64,000 nucleotides of DNA from Dehalococcoidia bacterium (GTDB taxonomy: Bacteria; Chloroflexota; Dehalococcoidia; Lucifugimonadales; UBA3495), in contig OZ240213.1 in NCBI GenBank assembly GCA_965197555.1, positions 2,603,671-2,667,670 of the forward strand. Direction: 5' to 3'. The notes under the pieces are model-generated. The model did not search any database, was not told where the DNA came from, and saw only the letters and a list, made by a program, of their open reading frames with translations. Positions 36,124 through 46,162 of the stretch are shown here, piece after piece (the stretch's first letter is position 1; each line of letters opens with the position of its first letter). Position numbers and translations under genes: made by a program.

Positions 36124-38208
36124 ATGAGCTTACGCGTAGGCGTTGACATCGGCGGTACCTTCACCGACGTGGTGTTTCTGGGCGACGATGGGACAGTCCT
36201 CGCCAGGAAGATCGCCAGCACGCCCGACGACTACAGCCGGGCGGTATTGATTGGGATAGCGGAGGGGGTCGCCAGCCTTTCGGCCAGCGCCGACGAGGTG
36301 ACCGAGGTCAGCCATGGCTTTACCGTGGCCACCAACGCCATCATTGAGCAAAAGGGGTCCAAAACTGCGCTGATAACCACCGAGGGTTTCAGGGATATCC
36401 TGGAGTTCCGGCGCAATCGAATCCCTCGCCTCTACGACCTGTACTACGAGAAACCCGACTCCCTGGTAAACCGCCGCCTGCGGCTAGAGGTCCGGGAGCG
36501 CTTGAATTTCCGTGGCGAGGTGCTCCGTCCATTGGAGTCCGACGATGTGGACTCAGCCATCGATCGGATCATCGATGAGGGAGTCGAGTCGGTGGCTGTG
36601 TGCCTCCTTCACTCCTACGCCAACCCAGACCATGAGCGCCAGATAGCCCACGCTCTGCAGCAGAGAGTCCCCGAATTGGTCATGACCTTATCCAGCTCGT
36701 TGCTTCCCGAGATGAAGGAGTATGAGCGCACCAGCACCACCGTGATCAACTGCTACGTTCGGCCCGTGGTCGAAAGCTACTTAACGAGATTGACCCAGGG
36801 CCTTCAGACTATGGGGGTCAACGTCCCACTCACAGTCATGCAGTCCAATGGGGGCCTGGCCACGTCAAGAATCGCGATGGAAAAGCCGGTCTATTGTATC
36901 GAGTCCGGACCGGCAGCGGGGGTGGTTGGGGCATACCACCTGGGCAAACGCTTGGGTCTGAGCAATCTGATGACGCTGGACATGGGTGGCACCACCGCCA
37001 AAGCGTCTATCATCGAGAACGGGGAGATTCTTCAAGCGCCGGAATACGAAGTGGGAGGTGGGATCAGCGTTGGCCACCGCCTGCTGCGGGGTGCGGGCCA
37101 CATCTTGAGGGTCCCGGCCATCGACCTAGCGGAGGTTGGGGCAGGGGGCGGAAGCATCGCCATGGTGGACCAGAGCGGCTCACTGCGGGTTGGCCCCAAC
37201 AGCTCGGGCGCAGTCCCGGGTCCGGCTTGCTACGGCCTGGGTGGGGAAGAAGCCACGGTTACCGATGCGGATGTGCTGCTGGGCTATTTAAATCCTGTGC
37301 ATCTGCTGGGCGGCGATTTTCCGTTGGACCGGGACCGGGCCAGCCGTGCGGTTAGAGAGAAGGTCGCCCAACCCTTGGGTATATCCGAAATTGAGGGTGC
37401 CCACGGGGTCCATCTACTGGTGAACTCCAACATGGGGCGTGCCCTACGGGCGGTGTCCAGCGAAAGGGGGCGTGACCCCAGAAGGTTCGATCTTGTCGCT
37501 TTCGGCGGCAGCGGGCCTGTACACGCCGCTGGGCTTGCGGATATGCTGGACATTCGCCGCATCGTGATACCGCCCTTTCCCGGAGTGTTCAGCTCCTTTG
37601 GCCTCTTGGTCGCTGACGTTGAGCACCATTTTGTTCAGACCTATTTCAAGACGTTCCAAGACCTGGAGTTGGCTGCCCTGCGGTCTCTGTTGAATGGTCT
37701 CTGGGAGGAGGGGCGGGTCCAACTAAGAGCTGAAGGCTTCGACGATGACAGGCAGGAGATCATCACTCAAGTGGATATGAGATATGAGGGCCAGGTATCG
37801 GAATTGACCGTTCCCATGCCCTTGGGCGAGGTTAACTCGCAGACCCTCACCAAGTTGGGCGACGCCTTCGATGAGGAGCACGATAGGAGCTTCGGCTACC
37901 GCGCCGACGCCCCCTACCAACTGGTCAACCTGAGGGTAATCGCCAGAGGAATCTCGGAGCAAGCAAGGTTTCCTGACCGATTCGAGATTGACTCGGTTAA
38001 CAAATCATCCGGAGCTTCCCATCGGGAAGTTTACTACGGCCCCGACCATCGGTGGCTGGACACTCCGGTGCTGGACCGGTTGGCGTTGGAAGAGGCGGGG
38101 GAAGCTGGCCCGCTGATAATCGAGGAGTACGACTCTACCTGCGTTGTGCCGCCAGGCTGGCGGGCGATGGTAGACCATTGGAAGAACATAATCTTGGAGA
38201 GGAGTTAA
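36124..38208 (+). CDS. hyuA: hydantoinase/oxoprolinase family protein, A subunit
   Basis: 694 aa. N-terminal VGVDIGGTFTDVVFL (ASKHA fold), LDMGGTTAK. Followed 8 nt later by the B subunit. Confidence 0.9.
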   Translation: MSLRVGVDIGGTFTDVVFLGDDGTVLARKIASTPDDYSRAVLIGIAEGVASLSASADEVTEVSHGFTVATNAIIEQKGSKTALITTEGFRDILEFRRNRIPRLYDLYYEKPDSLVNRRLRLEVRERLNFRGEVLRPLESDDVDSAIDRIIDEGVESVAVCLLHSYANPDHERQIAHALQQRVPELVMTLSSSLLPEMKEYERTSTTVINCYVRPVVESYLTRLTQGLQTMGVNVPLTVMQSNGGLATSRIAMEKPVYCIESGPAAGVVGAYHLGKRLGLSNLMTLDMGGTTAKASIIENGEILQAPEYEVGGGISVGHRLLRGAGHILRVPAIDLAEVGAGGGSIAMVDQSGSLRVGPNSSGAVPGPACYGLGGEEATVTDADVLLGYLNPVHLLGGDFPLDRDRASRAVREKVAQPLGISEIEGAHGVHLLVNSNMGRALRAVSSERGRDPRRFDLVAFGGSGPVHAAGLADMLDIRRIVIPPFPGVFSSFGLLVADVEHHFVQTYFKTFQDLELAALRSLLNGLWEEGRVQLRAEGFDDDRQEIITQVDMRYEGQVSELTVPMPLGEVNSQTLTKLGDAFDEEHDRSFGYRADAPYQLVNLRVIARGISEQARFPDRFEIDSVNKSSGASHREVYYGPDHRWLDTPVLDRLALEEAGEAGPLIIEEYDSTCVVPPGWRAMVDHWKNIILERS

Positions 38209-38215
38209 GCGCTTT

Positions 38216-39958
38216 ATGCAGCAGACTACCGATCCGGTAACCAGGGAAATCATCAAGAACGGGCTGATGAGCATCGCCGACACTATGGCGCTCACCGTGG
38301 TGCGTACGGCTCGGTCGGCGGTGATCAAGCACGGCATGGACTTCTCCACCGCCCTCTTCAGCGCCGACGGCCAGCAAGTGGCCCAAGGGCTGACTCTGCC
38401 CGCCCACCTTGGTTCCATGGCCCCGGCGCTGGAAGGAGTCATGAACGCCTTCGGCGATGATGTTCAGCCAGAAGATATCTTCGCCAACAACGACCCCTAC
38501 GAAGGGGGCAGCCATCTACCCGATATATTCCTCTTCAAGCCTATCTTCGCCTACGATACCCTGATCGGTTGGAGCTGCTGCATTGGACACCAAACCGATA
38601 TCGGAGGCCGGGTCGCCGGCGGCAATGCCTGCGACAATACCGAGATCTATCAGGAGGGATTGTTACTTCCACCTTTGAAATTGTATGACGGTGGCGTCCT
38701 TAACAAGGCGGTGTGGCGCATCCTGGAGAAGAATGTACGAGTCCCTGAGAAAGTAATGGGGGACGTTCAGGCCCTGCTGGCCGCTGTAAGGTTCGGGGAA
38801 CGAGACCTGCTGCGCTTGGTGGACGAATACGGTCTGGAAGAACTCAAAGGTTACATGACGGACATACTGGATACCACCGAGCGGTTGACCCGAGCCGAGA
38901 TCGCCGCTCTGCCCCACGGTGAGTGGGAGTTCACTGACTATATTGACAACGATGGCATCGACCCCCAGCCCATCGCTATACACTCCAAGGTTAAGATCGA
39001 GGGTGACGAGGTCTTCGTCGACTTCGAAGGGACTTCTCCTCAGGCCAAGGGATCGATCAACCCCAACTTCGCTTATACCAAGTCCCAGGTATACGCGGTG
39101 ATGAAGTGCTTGATCGACCCTGCAATCCAGTCGAACAGCGGCTTCTTCCGCCCCTTCAACATCACTGCTCCCGAGGGCTGCTTTGTCAACCCTCAGCACC
39201 CGGCGCCGGTAGCTGCTCGAGGCCTGGCTGGGTTCCGTATCTGCCATACTTTGTTTGGGGCGATGGCTCAGGCCTTGCCCGGCAAGGTCCCGGCGGCGTG
39301 GGGTGGAGGGGAGGTGGGTTTGAGCTTCGGTGGCTATCATCCCAACCGTAAAGCGTGGGTGTACCTGGAGTTTGACAACGACGGACCCAGGGGCGGTGGC
39401 CCCCATCTGGACGGCGCCGATGGACTGGCTGCCCCAATTCACAATATGGCCAATACTCCCATAGAGACCATAGAGGCAGACCAGCCCCTATTGATAGAGC
39501 GTTACGGCCTGGTGCCGGATACTGGCGGCGCTGGAAAATTCCGTGGCGGCCTGGGCATTATCCGGGATTTCAGGGTCTTAGCAGACGAAGCCACCTTCCA
39601 GCTCCGTTCCGACCGAGCAGACTACTTGCCATGGGGAGTAGAAGGTGGGAAACCCGGCACCCCGACCAAAAACTATCTGAACCCGGACACCGACAACCAA
39701 GAGCTGCCAGGCAAATACTTGATGACCCTTAAGCGGGGAGACGTGTACCGATTGATACAAGCGGGGGCCGGAGGATATGGTGACCCATTGGAGCGGGACG
39801 TAGCGGCGGTGCTGGACGATGTCCGCCAAGAGAAGCTCACTCTGGACTACGTTCGGACCGAGTACGGCGTGGTCATAGACCCAGACACCATGGAGGTTGA
39901 CCAAAAGGCCACCGATGAGTTGAGAGCCAGCCTAGGGGCCTTTCAAAGGCCCACCTAG
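38216..39958 (+). CDS. hyuB: hydantoinase B/oxoprolinase family protein
   Basis: 580 aa. DPVTREIIKNGLMSIADTMALTVVRTARSAVIKHGMDFSTALF, NDPYEGGSHLPD, GGAGKFRGGLG. Confidence 0.9.
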   Translation: MQQTTDPVTREIIKNGLMSIADTMALTVVRTARSAVIKHGMDFSTALFSADGQQVAQGLTLPAHLGSMAPALEGVMNAFGDDVQPEDIFANNDPYEGGSHLPDIFLFKPIFAYDTLIGWSCCIGHQTDIGGRVAGGNACDNTEIYQEGLLLPPLKLYDGGVLNKAVWRILEKNVRVPEKVMGDVQALLAAVRFGERDLLRLVDEYGLEELKGYMTDILDTTERLTRAEIAALPHGEWEFTDYIDNDGIDPQPIAIHSKVKIEGDEVFVDFEGTSPQAKGSINPNFAYTKSQVYAVMKCLIDPAIQSNSGFFRPFNITAPEGCFVNPQHPAPVAARGLAGFRICHTLFGAMAQALPGKVPAAWGGGEVGLSFGGYHPNRKAWVYLEFDNDGPRGGGPHLDGADGLAAPIHNMANTPIETIEADQPLLIERYGLVPDTGGAGKFRGGLGIIRDFRVLADEATFQLRSDRADYLPWGVEGGKPGTPTKNYLNPDTDNQELPGKYLMTLKRGDVYRLIQAGAGGYGDPLERDVAAVLDDVRQEKLTLDYVRTEYGVVIDPDTMEVDQKATDELRASLGAFQRPT

Positions 39959-40042
39959 AGTGATGGTCCCCTGTGGCAATTTCAATCGCGTCAGGTTAAT
40001 ATGTTCCTATAAAATCGTTGCGAAGTGATTCTATAGCGAGGA

Positions 40043-41035
40043 GTGGATGTCATGGCGAGCGATTATAGCGTGTTCATTGGCAGTGTTGGCGGCGGCCTCA
40101 GCGTTAGCCCCGATAAAGGCGACACTTGGACCAGAATCCGGCAACCATTACCTTCGGAAAGCAACGTCAGAGCTCTGACCGTGTACCCCAACGACGCACA
40201 CCGTGTTCTGGCCGGTACCGACATGGGCGTCTTCCGCAGCGGGGACAATGGTATTAGCTGGGAGAAGTTGGACTCACCATTCGATGACCTCCAGACTTGG
40301 TCAATAACCGTGGACCCTGCTTCCCCGGATACCATTTTTGCAGGTACTAAGCCGGAGGGCTTTCGCTCCAGAGACGATGGCAAGACCTGGGACAAGTTGT
40401 CCATGGGCGTCAACATGAACTGTCCGATAGGTACCCCCAGGACTACCAACATGATTGTGGACCCAAGGGACCACCGCACGGTCTGGGCTGGAATCGAGGT
40501 TGACGGGGTGTACAAGAGCCTGGACGGCGGGGACAGTTGGGTGCACCTGCCCGACTTGGGCCCCGACCCCTTCCACGGCGATATCCATGGAATGGCGCTC
40601 AAAACCGGCCGGGACAGCGCTTTTTACGCCACTAGCCCCTTCGGCATAGCCAGCAGCACCGATGAGGGAGAGAGCTGGGACTACCACTACTTTCCCAAGT
40701 TCCAGGATACGGACGAACGGTCCTACTGCCGCGGCATGTTGATCAAGGCCGACAACCCTGACGTGATGTTTGTGGGCAACGGTGATTTCATTCCCGGTGT
40801 CACTGGGGCCATCAGGCGAACCAAGGATGGTGGGCAAACTTGGGACGTGGCGCCGCTGCCGGTAGAGCCCAACTCGGTCATCTACTGGCTGGGTACCCAC
40901 TCCGAGTTGCCAAACGTGATCGTAGCGGCCAGCCTGTACGGCTACGTCTACGTGAGCGACGATGGCGGCGATTCCTGGCGCAAGTTGAAGAAAGAGTTCG
41001 GTGAAGTCCGCTCCGTGGCGGTGACACCCAACTAA
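40043..41035 (+). CDS. BNR/Asp-box repeat beta-propeller protein (Ycf48/sialidase-like)
   Basis: 330 aa. Seven SxDxGxTW-type Asp-boxes (SPDKGDTW, SGDNGISW, SRDDGKTW, SLDGGDSW, STDEGESW, TKDGGQTW, SDDGGDSW). Confidence 0.8.
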   Translation: MDVMASDYSVFIGSVGGGLSVSPDKGDTWTRIRQPLPSESNVRALTVYPNDAHRVLAGTDMGVFRSGDNGISWEKLDSPFDDLQTWSITVDPASPDTIFAGTKPEGFRSRDDGKTWDKLSMGVNMNCPIGTPRTTNMIVDPRDHRTVWAGIEVDGVYKSLDGGDSWVHLPDLGPDPFHGDIHGMALKTGRDSAFYATSPFGIASSTDEGESWDYHYFPKFQDTDERSYCRGMLIKADNPDVMFVGNGDFIPGVTGAIRRTKDGGQTWDVAPLPVEPNSVIYWLGTHSELPNVIVAASLYGYVYVSDDGGDSWRKLKKEFGEVRSVAVTPN

Positions 41036-41126
41036 GCCGACCCTCTAACTAGTGGTGACGCTTGGGGACTTGGCCTCGACCACCAAGGGAAGCTAGAGGG
41101 AAATAGGGGTCATCACTCGAAAGACG

Positions 41127-41165
41127 GTTAAGGGGCCGCCGACGCTATGTCGGCGGCCCCTTAAC
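41127..41165. terminator. bidirectional hairpin between convergent BNR and GlcG genes
   Basis: 17-bp perfect stem GTTAAGGGGCCGCCGAC / GTCGGCGGCCCCTTAAC with loop GCTAT. Confidence 0.55.
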
Positions 41166-41193
41166 TATTGCTTTAGGCTTCTTGAGCAGGTCG

Positions 41194-41583
41194 CTAAAGA
41201 GCGGCCAAGCCCGCCTTCGCGCACTCCTCGTCCTGCTCGGAGGTGCCGCCACTGCCGCCGATTGCGCCAATAAGCACGCCGTCGCGGTTAACCGGGACCG
41301 CGCCCTGAGCGGGCACCATGCGGCCGCCCAGGCTCGCTATGATACCTTGTACGACGGGGTTGTCCGCCGGGATATCCGCGCTGGGCCACCCCATAGCTGA
41401 TGTGGCCACCGCTTTGCCTTGGGCCGCGTGGGCGGCGAGCCACATGCTGTCTTCAATACGGTTGAACGCCAGCAGGTGCCCCCCGGCATCCACCACCGCA
41501 ATGCTCATCCCGATGTTCATTTCCCGGGCCCTGGCTATGGCCGCCGCGACCATGCGGTTGGCCTCTACTAATGTTAGTGACAT
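41194..41583 (-). CDS. GlcG/HbpS-like (DUF336) haem-binding family protein, copy 1
   Basis: 129 aa from ATG 41583 (RBS GAGGAGG). ...VAVVDAGGHLLAFNR...AQGKA..TA...P...GG.PV..DG..IGAIGGSGGTSEQDEECAKAGL. Confidence 0.85.
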   Translation of the reverse strand: MSLTLVEANRMVAAAIARAREMNIGMSIAVVDAGGHLLAFNRIEDSMWLAAHAAQGKAVATSAMGWPSADIPADNPVVQGIIASLGGRMVPAQGAVPVNRDGVLIGAIGGSGGTSEQDEECAKAGLAAL

Positions 41584-41707
41584 TCTCAAACCTCCTCTAG
41601 CTAGATGATAGCCCCTCTAGACCTTGACGCCTGGAGAAGGCGGGCCTTGTCGTGCTCCTTTGGCCTACCCCACTATGAATGAAGCTGTTTTGAGCCGTCT
41701 CCGGTGC

Positions 41708-42097
41708 TTAGAGGGCGGCCAGTCCTGCTTTGGCGCAGTCCTCGTCCTGTTGGGCCGTGCCTCCGCTGCCCCCTATGGCCCCCACGATATCACCGTCCCG
41801 GATAATGGGCACCGCGCCCTGGGCTGGGACCATTCGTCCACCCTGTGAAGCCAGGATCACTTGCATAACGGGGGAATCCGCATTTATTTCTCCGCTGGGA
41901 CGCCCCATTGCGGTCGCCGCGACCGCCTTACCCTGGGCTGCTTGGGCAGCGATCCAGATACAGCCCTCGTTCCGGTTGAAGGCCAACAGGTGCCCCCCTG
42001 TGTCGCAGACTGCCACGCTGAGCTTGATATTCATCTCCTCAGCTTTGGCCATTGCTGCATCCACCATTCGTCTTGCGTCGTGTAATGTTAACGGCAT
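41708..42097 (-). CDS. GlcG/HbpS-like (DUF336) haem-binding family protein, copy 2
   Basis: 129 aa from ATG 42097 (RBS GGAGGAAGGGG). Collinear paralogue of copy 1. The ORF-track N-terminal extension to 42184 is probably not translated. Confidence 0.85.
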   Translation of the reverse strand: MPLTLHDARRMVDAAMAKAEEMNIKLSVAVCDTGGHLLAFNRNEGCIWIAAQAAQGKAVAATAMGRPSGEINADSPVMQVILASQGGRMVPAQGAVPIIRDGDIVGAIGGSGGTAQQDEDCAKAGLAAL

Positions 42098-42191
42098 TCC
42101 CCTTCCTCCATATCTCAATTTGGGCAACACCAATATTACGGCTAGGGCCAAACCAATGCAATCTAACCCCGGGCCGCTCGCCAAACCTGGG

Positions 42192-42220
42192 TTGCCCCGT
42201 TAGTCGCCGAATCGTATAAT
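42192..42220 (+). promoter_or_regulatory. putative sigma-70 promoter for the LLM oxidoreductase
   Basis: TTGCCC (42192-42197), 17-nt spacer, TATAAT (42215-42220). Confidence 0.4.
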
Positions 42221-42352
42221 GGCCGTTAACCCACCGGAAATCACTATCACTATCCGTCTTGTAACCAAAGGGAGTAGCCCCTAACGCAGCAATACCGATG
42301 ATGCTAACTTCATAGTCTTACGCAAGAACTGATAGACAAGGAGGATTGGTCC

Positions 42353-43552
42353 ATGGTTGAGCAGCTAGCCCGGCCCAAAGACAAAGCAGAGATTTACTGG
42401 TTTTCGGAGCAGCCCTACGGTGCCGTAACTGACTCGGACCTGGAGAAATACGACTCCGGGCGTCTTGGTTTCCCTAATACCCACTTTGACCCAGAGAAAG
42501 CCCACGTGCTCTACAACCAGTATCACGAGCAGTATGCCTTGGCCGACGAGGTTGGCTTCGACGGCATCATGAGCAACGAACACCACGCTTCTTACTGGTG
42601 TATGAAGCCGTCGGTCAACTTGGATGCTGCGGTGATATCCAAGGTGACCAAGAGGGCCAAGATCGCCATTTTAGGTAACGTGATCGCTATCAATGACCCC
42701 ATCCGCATGGCCGAAGAGATTGCTATGTTGGACTGCTATTCCGGAGGACGGATTATCTCTGGATTCGTGCGTGGCACCGCCGTAGAGACACTGCAAGGCG
42801 GGATCAGGCCCCCAGAGAACCGGGAGCGGTTCGAGGAAGCCCACGACCTGATCATCAAGTGCTGGACCGAGCCCGGACCCTTCCGCTACGAGGGAAAGCA
42901 CTACTCGTACAGGATGGTGAACCCATGGGTGCTTCCGATGCAAAAGCCTCACCCTGACATCTGGTTCCCTGGCACCGGAAGCCCCGAAAGCGTGGTATGG
43001 GCGGCCACCCACCGGCACCCATACATGAACCTGGGCGCCTTGGTGGACACTACCGAATGGTTGAAGCAGGTGTACATCGACACGGCCGAAGAGGTGGGAT
43101 ACAAAGCCGGCCCGGAGCACTTTGGCTATCTTCTAAGATGCTTCGTGGCCGACACCGACGAGGAAGCGATTGAGCTTGGTGAGGAGTTCATGTGGACCAT
43201 TGGTCACCGCCAGCGCGGCCCAATGGAGCACAATGACCCTCCCGGTTACCAGTCTCGGGAAGCTGTGAGGGTCAAGGCCCAGCGGCCCACCGGCAACGTT
43301 GCTGGAGCGGGTGGCCTGGGTGTTGGACTGAGCTACGATCAGCTTAGAGGGGTCAACAACATCATAGTCGGCAACCCTGACACCGTTACTCAAAAGCTGA
43401 CCGAGGTCATCGAAAGGCTTAGCCCCGGCTACATTCACATTTACGGTAACGAGGGGGCGATGCCTCACGATGGGGTGATGCGGTCCATCGAGTTGCTGGG
43501 CAAAGAGGTAATACCGGCCCTGCACGAGATCAAGCTGCAACCCTACGACTAG
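42353..43552 (+). CDS. LLM-class flavin-dependent oxidoreductase (luciferase-like monooxygenase)
   Basis: 399 aa. FDGIMSNEHHASYW, AKIAILGNVIAINDPIRMAEEIAMLDCYSGGRIISGFVRG. RBS AAGGAGGA. Confidence 0.85.
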   Translation: MVEQLARPKDKAEIYWFSEQPYGAVTDSDLEKYDSGRLGFPNTHFDPEKAHVLYNQYHEQYALADEVGFDGIMSNEHHASYWCMKPSVNLDAAVISKVTKRAKIAILGNVIAINDPIRMAEEIAMLDCYSGGRIISGFVRGTAVETLQGGIRPPENRERFEEAHDLIIKCWTEPGPFRYEGKHYSYRMVNPWVLPMQKPHPDIWFPGTGSPESVVWAATHRHPYMNLGALVDTTEWLKQVYIDTAEEVGYKAGPEHFGYLLRCFVADTDEEAIELGEEFMWTIGHRQRGPMEHNDPPGYQSREAVRVKAQRPTGNVAGAGGLGVGLSYDQLRGVNNIIVGNPDTVTQKLTEVIERLSPGYIHIYGNEGAMPHDGVMRSIELLGKEVIPALHEIKLQPYD

Positions 43553-43606
43553 GTTTCCGCCGCCCTCACGCCAGGTCAATCATCCCCTGGCTACAGAGCA
43601 AAAGAA

Positions 43607-43643
43607 CGACCACCCCGCTGGTTAGAAGCGGGGTGGTCGTTTT
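43607..43643 (+). terminator. Rho-independent terminator of the LLM gene
   Basis: 12-bp stem CGACCACCCCGC / GCGGGGTGGTCG, 9-nt loop, followed by TTTT. Confidence 0.7.
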
Positions 43644-43675
43644 AAGTCAGGGTTCCTCAGGATATACCCCTCGTC

Positions 43676-43695
43676 ATACCCGCGAAAGCGGGTAT
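43676..43695. repeat. REP-like palindrome ATACCCGC-GAAA-GCGGGTAT
   Basis: Perfect 8-bp stem with a GAAA tetraloop. It translates to the ...PAKAGI / ...PRKRE type peptides that I recognise as a widespread intergenic repeat family. Confidence 0.45.
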
Positions 43696-43769
43696 CTGCA
43701 GCCACAACCTTTTCATCCTTTGTGATGCTGGTTGAGACCGGCATGGAGGGTCGTCAAGAAGGCAACTGG

Positions 43770-44372
43770 TCAGTCGCCTAGCGCCGCTATCGCTTCGTCG
43801 GTGTTACGGACCCTGACCAGTAGCGGCAACACATGCTTGATGGTCATCTCATGAACGTCCAACTCTCCGGCGGTGCAGCAGTCACTAACCACAACACACT
43901 GGATGTCCCGGTTCTTGGCGTCCCGGGCCGTTCCCTCCACGCTGCGTTGGGTGGAGATACCACCAACTAGAATGGTCTCCGTTCCCAAGGCGTGGAGGAT
44001 GCTGTCCAGGTTGGTCCCGTAGAACGCGCTGAAACGGGGCTTCACCACCACGTAGTCTTCGGCGCGAGGCTGGAGCTCGTCGATGAACTCGACTGCTGGT
44101 GTCCCCGCTACCATGGCCGCGCCACCACCACCCCCGATGTCCGAGACCGTCTTGGGGGCGTCGGCATTATCCGGCCTGCGGTGAGTCGTGATAAAGATGA
44201 GCGGAGTCCCCGTGCTCCGGCAATGACCGACCAGCCGTTGAAAATTCTCCACTATCGGCTGTCTGGCTGGCGGAGTTTCGAAGGGCGGGCCACTTCCCTT
44301 TACCACAGCGTTTATCATGTCGATAAGAATCACCGCGCTCTTGTGTGGATTTAGGATCAAATCGTCAGGCAT
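43770..44372 (-). CDS. isochorismatase-family cysteine hydrolase
   Basis: ATG at 44372 with RBS GGAGG. SAVILIDMINA, catalytic-Cys region IQCVVVSDCCTA. Confidence 0.85.
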   Translation of the reverse strand: MPDDLILNPHKSAVILIDMINAVVKGSGPPFETPPARQPIVENFQRLVGHCRSTGTPLIFITTHRRPDNADAPKTVSDIGGGGGAAMVAGTPAVEFIDELQPRAEDYVVVKPRFSAFYGTNLDSILHALGTETILVGGISTQRSVEGTARDAKNRDIQCVVVSDCCTAGELDVHEMTIKHVLPLLVRVRNTDEAIAALGD

Positions 44373-44559
44373 CCGGTACCTCCATCTTGTTGTGGTCAAT
44401 CGCTATTCAAGATTCCCAAGGTATTGCGCCTAATATTATCGGTGGTTGACATAAGTTGGGCCAACTATCCGGTACCCAGCGGCCCCCTTTGGAAGAGAGG
44501 GATATGGGTGGGTTTGATTTGGTGTGGCCTAAGATCGGGCCACGCCCTATTGAGTCAGC

Positions 44560-44757
44560 CTATTGAAGGTAGGTATCGGGGCTGGCCAAGAACTTGCTCC
44601 GGCATTCCAGACCGCAGAAGTAATACCAATGTCCGTTATGGAAGCCGCGGGTCCCCTGTTGTGGGTCAACCTCCGACGCTCCGTGCATAGTCTGCCCGGT
44701 GGAAGACCGCGCTTGTTCATCGTCGATCTCTTTACCGCATACTGGGTCCAAGGCCAT
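44560..44757 (-). CDS. YHS/TRASH domain protein
   Basis: 65 aa. DPVCGKEID ... HNGHWYYFCGLECRSKFLASPDTY is the YHS metal-binding motif. Confidence 0.75.
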   Translation of the reverse strand: MALDPVCGKEIDDEQARSSTGQTMHGASEVDPQQGTRGFHNGHWYYFCGLECRSKFLASPDTYLQ

Positions 44758-44793
44758 CTTTCATTCTCCTGGGGCGAGATCTGGATATCCTGC

Positions 44794-45969
44794 TCAGGAC
44801 GCAGGCACCAACGGCAAACCCAAACGGACTCTTCCAGGCTGGTCCAGTAGCGCCCGAGCTACCCTTGCCCGATGCTCGAAGCTAGTCCCTAGCCGCATAG
44901 ACCAAGCCGATACCCGACGGAACCAAAGGTGGAGGTCGAACTCCATCATGAAGCCGATCCCCCCATGGATCACTTGCGACGAGCGGACCGCTGCTTCGCA
45001 TTTCTCGTTGCAGAAAGCCTTGGCCTGGGAAACCTCCACGCTGGCTGGCAGCCCTTGGTCCATCTTCCACAGGGCCTCGTAGGTCAGCAGTTGGGCCCCA
45101 TCCACCCAGATGATCATGTCGGCGCACAGGTGCTGGATGGACTGAAAAGCCCCTATGGGCCGTCCGAAGGCCACTCGGTTCTTGGCGTAGTCAATGGCCA
45201 TTTCGGCGTCTTTTCGAGCGGCGCCAACCATTTGGGCGCACAGCAACACTGTTGCCCGGTCCAGCATTCGTTCGGCGATGGGCCAACCCCCATGGAGCTC
45301 ACCCACCAAGTCCGCCCGGCTAACTTTGACCCCGTTGACTTCGACCTTGTACTCCTTGTCCTTGGCCAGGGTCGTGAGAGGAGTAAGGGAAATCCCAGGG
45401 TCGGCGGTGTCCATCAGAAACAGAGAAATACCCTCGCTGTCGCCGGTCGCTTCTCGGGTCCGGCAAGCAATGAGGCACTTTTCAGCGACGTTGATGTTAT
45501 CCACGAACATCTTGGTGCCGCTGAGGATGAAATGGTCTCCCTGGTCCACAGCCTGGAAATTGATGGCCTCCGGTACAAGGCGGGGATCGGCTTCTTGGAA
45601 AGCCCAGGTTAAGACAGTCTCCCCGCTGACTACGGAAGGCAGGAGCCGTTGCTTCTGCTCGTCACTACCTTCGGCAGCGATAGCCAAGGCCGCCACCATG
45701 GTGCTATGAAAAGGCACCGGTGCGATGGAACGCCCCGCTTCCTCCATAATGATGGCCAGGTAGGTCAATGGCATACCCTGGCCGCTGTGGCTCTCCGGCA
45801 ACGCCAGTCCCAACCAACCCAGGTCGGCCATCTTCTTCCAGAGTTCGGCGGGATAGCCACATTCGTCCTCTTCCATCGCCCGCACCAGGCTGGTGGGGCA
45901 CTCGGCCTCGAGGAACTCCCGCGCCAAGTTCTTGAGCATCTGCTCTTCTTCGCTAGGCAGCAGGTCCAT
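44794..45969 (-). CDS. acyl-CoA dehydrogenase family protein
   Basis: 391 aa. N-terminal helical domain (EEQMLKNLAREFLE), middle beta domain (WAFQEADPR..SGTKMFV), C-terminal QVIHGGIGFMMEFDLHLWFRR. Confidence 0.9.
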   Translation of the reverse strand: MDLLPSEEEQMLKNLAREFLEAECPTSLVRAMEEDECGYPAELWKKMADLGWLGLALPESHSGQGMPLTYLAIIMEEAGRSIAPVPFHSTMVAALAIAAEGSDEQKQRLLPSVVSGETVLTWAFQEADPRLVPEAINFQAVDQGDHFILSGTKMFVDNINVAEKCLIACRTREATGDSEGISLFLMDTADPGISLTPLTTLAKDKEYKVEVNGVKVSRADLVGELHGGWPIAERMLDRATVLLCAQMVGAARKDAEMAIDYAKNRVAFGRPIGAFQSIQHLCADMIIWVDGAQLLTYEALWKMDQGLPASVEVSQAKAFCNEKCEAAVRSSQVIHGGIGFMMEFDLHLWFRRVSAWSMRLGTSFEHRARVARALLDQPGRVRLGLPLVPAS

Positions 45970-46162
45970 GGTTTGTCCTTAGCTAGCTTGGTCTCTTAAG
46001 ATGGAACTCGGGCAGACCCTGATCAAACAGGACCACCTCTTGGAAAACTTGTCCTTACCCTTGAGCGTACATAGCCCCTTCCCCTCGATGGGATTCCCCT
46101 GAGGCGGAAACTTGGGTGTGATGCCCCCACTTTTGTCCCCACCCCCGAAGGCAAAGAGGTCT

